DNA of 64,000 bases, from contig KZ537969.1 in the NCBI GenBank assembly GCA_000934665.2, positions 1 through 64,000 on the forward strand. The letters run 5' to 3'. Below, piece by piece: positions 59,071-64,000 of the stretch (position 1 is the first letter of the stretch; each line of letters opens with the position of its first letter). Position numbers and translations under genes: made by a program. Below the pieces are notes generated by a model, which saw only the letters and a list, made by a program, of their open reading frames with translations, was not told the origin of the DNA and did no database searches. Source of the DNA: Catajapyx aquilonaris (taxonomy: Eukaryota).

Positions 59071-59275
59071 GAAGCAGGTTGGCATGGTGGATAAGGCGTC
59101 CGACTGCTAATCGGGAGGTCCAGGGTTCGATTCCCGGGGCCGATGGTTTTCTGTGGTTTTCCCCCAGGAAAATTCCGGGGTCGCTTCCGTAAGGCCACAG
59201 CCGCTTCCTTCCTTCCCTATCCTTGGAGGTTGAAGAGGCAATGCTGGGCCAACCTCCCTAATATCAATTATTAAG
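59071..59275 (+). mobile_element. tRNA-derived SINE of a second family
   Basis: A box TGGCATGGTGG, anticodon arm CCGA-CTGCTAA-TCGG, B box GGTTCGATTCC, no acceptor stem. Followed by GTTTTCTGTGGTTTTCCC..AGGAAAATTCCGGG..AAGGCCACAGCCGCTTCCTTCC, which as I recall resembles the conserved central domain of Lm1/Nin-type invertebrate SINEs. Confidence 0.75.
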
Positions 59276-60154
59276 TATGTTTCTACGGTCGCGATGACAT
59301 GCACGCTGTACTTGGGTACTGAGTGTCTCATTATGCTCATTTGAACACGTTTGTTTCATCCCGCCACTGATTGAACCCTCAGACACTCTGCCATCTGGTG
59401 AGATCTTCATCAATCACACGCAATCACATTAGAAGACACTAGTGACATCTACCGGGTGTTTCGGAACAGCCTGTGGGCGGGTAGTAGGCCCACATGGCCA
59501 CAGGGAGTAGGCCGCGCCCGCCGTTTGTTCGACCCGGCTTGATCCAATCACCTGGCTCCACGGGATTGGCTGCCTCCGGAAAATTGTTGCTTTGCTTTTC
59601 GCCCCGATGTTCCACAGTCCACTGAATCTCTTCTAGTCTCGCCTTTGGCCGACTCGCAACCCGAGAGTCGGTCTGGAACACTGGGAGAAAGAGAGAGGGA
59701 GGGTTGATCGGAGGGATGCTCGGCAACTGCATTGGTTGTACTGAAGTTTTAATATTGGGAAGTTAGGTAACTATGGACAAGGTTTTTTTTTTATCTGGTG
59801 TGTTGTTCCATAAGGGGACTTGGAAGTTGAGGACTAGTGTTGGTGGTGGTGCGGACGTGTTTAAATTGCCACCTTGCCTATGCTGCGGATGGCCTCGAAA
59901 TTATTCCAATATTCAGATGCACATGTTCCATTCATATTCAAATGTGCACAGAAAAAATTAGTAGCTTGAAACGCTTGAGATATTCTAATGTTCAGATTGT
60001 TCTGCATGTTGATTTTCACAGACAAAAAGTGTCCCAGGTTTAAAGTTAGGTGATAGAATCATTCTTCAAGAAAAAGTAGGGATGGCCCTAAGTGGAATTT
60101 GTCTGGTGCACGTCAACCTTTAAAAATAGTGGTCATACCTTTAATGCTTTAACC

Positions 60155-60468
60155 CAGGGTTTCTCAACCTTTTTGCCTTTGTGGAACCCTTAAAATAATA
60201 TTGCAGTGTCAAGAAACCCCTACATAAAAATTATTATATTAATTAATGGCACAATAAACATTTACATACTGTGTGGAAAATGAAACGACGACCTGACGTC
60301 ATTGTCACACAACAATATGAGTAAACAGTGAGAACAAAAAGAATATTGTTTACACCTATGTTGTTGCATGAGAACAAAATGATGACGTCAGATTGTCATT
60401 TCGTTTTCCGCACTGTACAATGAGCCTATTCATCAAGCTATTTCTCGTGGAACCCCAGAGAAACCCTG
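60155..60468. mobile_element. hAT-type MITE
   Basis: 11-bp TIRs CAGGGTTTCTC / GAGAAACCCTG, 8-bp TSD CTTTAACC / CTTTATCC (7/8 identical), subterminal GTGGAACCC repeats. Confidence 0.8.
60269..60415. mobile_element. Tc1/mariner-type MITE nested in the hAT MITE
   Basis: TA-flanked ~34-bp imperfect TIRs C(T/A)GTG(T/C)GGAAAA(T/C)GAAA(C/T)GAC..(C/T)CTGACGTCAT. Confidence 0.65.
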
Positions 60469-60661
60469 CTTTATCCTCTAATTACTAATTACATGCATAC
60501 ATGCTCGCAGATTATGATCATAAGTTGGTACGCTCTCTTGCCACTAATAGAACAAAGGAGTGCAGTTTCATCCGTTAGTAGTTTGCAATGGTTATGGATG
60601 AAATTTAGATGATCACCTAGATTCATTGTGCGTTATTTGTTACAGGTGTCTCTCCCAAAAG

Positions 60662-63600
60662 ATGCGTTGGTTTGGAGTTGTCGTTGTGGCAGCCTGTTGG
60701 CTGTTGTGTTCTGCAAAGAGCAGGCCAAAGTCAGTGACCACCCTGGTGGATGCAAAGTGGCCGTCCACACCCATCCTGCTGGAGGTGGCGGAATACTTGG
60801 CCGAGGAAAGCCAGGCGCACTTCTGGGGATTTGTGGACAGCGTGTCCGAATTTGAGCAGGATTTTATTCAACACAGTGAGTCCAACAAGCATCAGTCAGT
60901 TGATAATGTTTATGAAGTTAATGTATTATGTGTATAATTTTGATTTTTCTTTCTCAGAAACTGATCAAGAAACGTATGAATTTTCTCTTTCGGAGGCAAG
61001 CCGTTTTATATCGTTGGGGCAGCTGTCCTTCCTGAAGCTGTCCCTCTCCCTTCGCAATTACTCTGTCACTGTGGAGACGCACCATCAGATGGCTCTAGAC
61101 AGGCATCTGCCTGAAGACTGTCTCGCTGTGGCCGACATCAATGGGAAGCTGACCTGTGACCCCTCAGCTGTGGAGGTTATAGTGCAAGCTGCGTCCAAGC
61201 AGGGAAGTATTGACAAGCCAGAGTTTTTTCTGGTTGACCATCGCTATTCTGATGGCTCCGAGGCAGAAGTAGGAGTTGTGCTGTACGGAGAGATTGGAAC
61301 AGACAAGTTCAAGCAATTCCATCAGGTGTTGAAGCCACTTGCGGAAGACGGAAAAGTGGATTACATTCTCAGGCACTACCTGAAGGTCAGCAACTACATT
61401 TGTTACCTTGCATTGCTTATGGGAGGAAAAAAAATTCATTAGTAAGCTTGTGGAGGAAATGCTGCAAACCAGTTACTGTAGTATATATTAATAAAAAAAT
61501 ACAGTGTGTTGCAAGTATGTGAATAGATTTGTTTGCAGAAAATTTTGCTCAATGCTGTTATTTTTTTGAGCACCTTGATGCACTTAATGACACAGAATTT
61601 GTGGATTTTGGTTGCATTATATCCATCCGCAAACCAAAATCTGGAAATTTCACACCCATTTTTGTCATTTTCAGAATCGTCCTGAGAGGAAGACTCGGTT
61701 GTCAGGCTACGGGGTGGAGCTTCAGATAAAGTCGACTGAGTACAAGGCTCAGGATGACACCAAGGTGGAAGGTGGTGAAGGGAGGGAAGGAGATGATGAC
61801 AGTCAGGAAGAAGAGGAAGAATTGGAAGGATACCGGTTCACTAGGCTGAAGGAACTGTATCCAGATAGTAGAGATGCTCTGGAGAAGTTCAAGTCACATT
61901 TGATTGAGAACAGTGGGGAGATGGCCCCACTCAAGGTGTGGCAGCTGCAGGAGCTGTCTTTACAGGCAGCTCAGAGGATTCTCAGCCACCCTAAGGAAGA
62001 GGCCATCAAAGTTCTGGCGCAAATCTCGCAGAACTTTCCTGTCCAGGTACGGTAAAACACAGTTTAGCCAAAATCGTACACTACCTGAAGTAAGTCTGAT
62101 TAGCTTTCGAGGTCATGGTGTGGTACAGTGAACAGTGTGGTTAATTTAATCCACCGTCTCTTGTACTATCAGGACAGTATTATTGTGGACACTTCCACAA
62201 GAACAGCATGTGAAAGTGTCCTGAATAATATTGTGCTGACAGTACATCTCTTGTATGAAGTGCAGTAACTGTCTTCGGAGTTCGGACCCTCCCAAGTTAT
62301 AGACGTGAGAAGGTTCTGATCCATGGTTGTTACAGGCCAGATCTCTTGTGAAGACTGTTGTGCCAGAGGAGCTCCGAGATGAGATAAAGCAGAACCGGGA
62401 GTATTTGATGGCCAGCATGAACCTGCATCCAACTGATGCTGCTATATTTGTGAATGGGATGTTCTATGATGCTGAGCTTACTGATGTTTTCACCTTGGTG
62501 GATGCCCTGAGGCAGGAGCTGAAAGTTCTTGAAGGACTGCATAAGATAGGTGGGTATTGTTTTCCAAACATGTAGAAAGAAGCACAGTAACATGAAGGTA
62601 CATAAAATATTTTACGTTATTTGATTAAACTTTAGGTGTGGAGGAGCAGCATCTGTCCAAGCTCCTTTCTCTAGACATGAGTGGTGGGGCCAGTGAAGAC
62701 TACGCAGTGGATATCCGTGACTCAGCTGTTGTGTACCTCAATGACATAGAGCAGGATAAGCAGTATCGTCGATGGCCATCCTCAGTGATGGACATGCTAC
62801 GCCCTAGTTACCCTGGGATGTTGAAGACCATTCGCCGTAACATGTATCACCTGGTACTTATAGTGGACCCATCTAAGGAGGAGTCTAAGCCCCTTCTGAA
62901 AATGGCTGAAGCGTTTGTGGTTCATAATGCTCCATTACGAACTGGCATAGTGTTTGCTGTCAACTCAGATCCAACCGTCAGTGGCATGAAGGATGCAGGG
63001 GTGGCTATGTTGAATGCTTTCAATTACGTCTCGGAAGTGCGAGGGGAACGATATCATGGCTTGAGCTTCCTGACTGATGTGTATGCTGAGTCCAAGGAGG
63101 GAGATGTGACTGTGGCTCAAGTTAAGAAGCTCCTCAAAGAGCGCCATCCAGAGGCAGACATTGAGGACGTCTTGGGCGAGGGTTCAGAGTATGATGTAGG
63201 TCGGCAGCTGGCCCGAGATTTTGTGCAGCGTGTTGGATTGCGGAGGGTGCCACAAGCCCTTTTGAATGGGGTACCTCTTCCTGAGAAGGACCTTGAGGGA
63301 GAACGATTTGAGGAGGCTGTGCTGACTGCACTGGTGTCACAGACCTCAACCCTGCAAAGAGCAGTGTTCAAGGGTGAATTGACTGATGATGACATAGTCA
63401 TTGACTGGTTGATGGGACAGCCAAATGTTATGCCCAGGCTGAATGAGAGAATTCTGTATGGGAAGGGGCGATTTTTGGATATCACTGGAGATCCGTTGCC
63501 TACTCTGGACTGGTCGCTGTTTACGGGACTTTCTGGCAGGGATATGGTTGCCACTCTGACAAAGCACCTGAACTATGTTGCTAGGAAAGTTGCCACATCC

Positions 63601-63684
63601 ATTGTGCCAGTGACCAACTGGATTGTCACTGATGTGGAGACACCAGCTGGAAGGGAGCTGCTCAGAAAGGCTATGGATCACATG
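60662..63684 (+). CDS. UGGT1: UDP-glucose:glycoprotein glucosyltransferase, 5' part (first 759 codons; remainder beyond window)
   Basis: Exons 60662-60875, 60958-61385, 61675-62046, 62336-62549, 62636-63684. Signal peptide, K.VTT.VDAKW..TP.LLE..EYLAEES...FW.F, VVLYGEIGT..F..FH, LSGYGVELQIKSTEYKAQDD, PLKVWQLQELSLQAAQRI, YAVDIRD..V.YLNDIE.DK.Y..WP. Confidence 0.95.
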
Positions 63685-64000
63685 GTGAGTGGGAGCACAT
63701 CCTTAGCTTTGTTGACAAGGCGCGATAAAATTTTGAATTCTGTAGTGCAGTGAAACTTTGAGGATTTAAAAACATTGGCTGGCTATGCCAAGATTGCAGT
63801 GGAAGTATGGACAGATTTTCCGTGATAACCTGTTGCACAAGATGTCAGATTTTTTCGTCGTGAATGGTTCTTGCAGACTTATGCCAATACTTCACTGCAA
63901 CCTCGGGGTAGATAGTCTACACTCTACTGTGGAAAATTTACAATGCCTATGAAATGTGTTGAATTTGAGCACCCACTTATGCTAAAAAATTTGGTAGTAT

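Noticed and set aside
59071..59145. Functional tRNA gene
   Set aside because: No acceptor stem, and it continues into SINE-like body sequence.

Overview
Eukaryotic (animal, most likely arthropod) genomic DNA with six spliced protein-coding genes that I could assemble by hand with GT-AG introns and consistent phases. They are RPB1/POLR2A (+, 13 coding exons, ~41 CTD heptads), an AGFG1/drongo-like ArfGAP-FG protein (+), FAM122/PABIR (-), CCDC39 (+), an eiger-type TNF ligand (-) and the 5' part of UGGT (+, runs off the window). Introns and intergenic DNA hold many transposon relics: a THAP/DDE (ISL2EU/Harbinger-like) pseudogene, an internally deleted mariner, a fold-back built from two transposase 3' ends, MITEs of hAT, Harbinger and Tc1/pogo type, short Helitron-like pieces and three tRNA-derived SINEs. 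Less obvious signals are a well-placed box C/D snoRNA candidate in an RPB1 intron and a long double-stem hairpin behind the RPB1 stop. Also seen: all three sense frames open across the CTD, two SINEs with the same head but different tails, an X-box-like motif inside a mini-Helitron upstream of CCDC39, and a probable hidden terminal exon of CCDC39. I see no evidence of a wholly new multi-gene system. All family assignments come from recalled motifs, not database searches.
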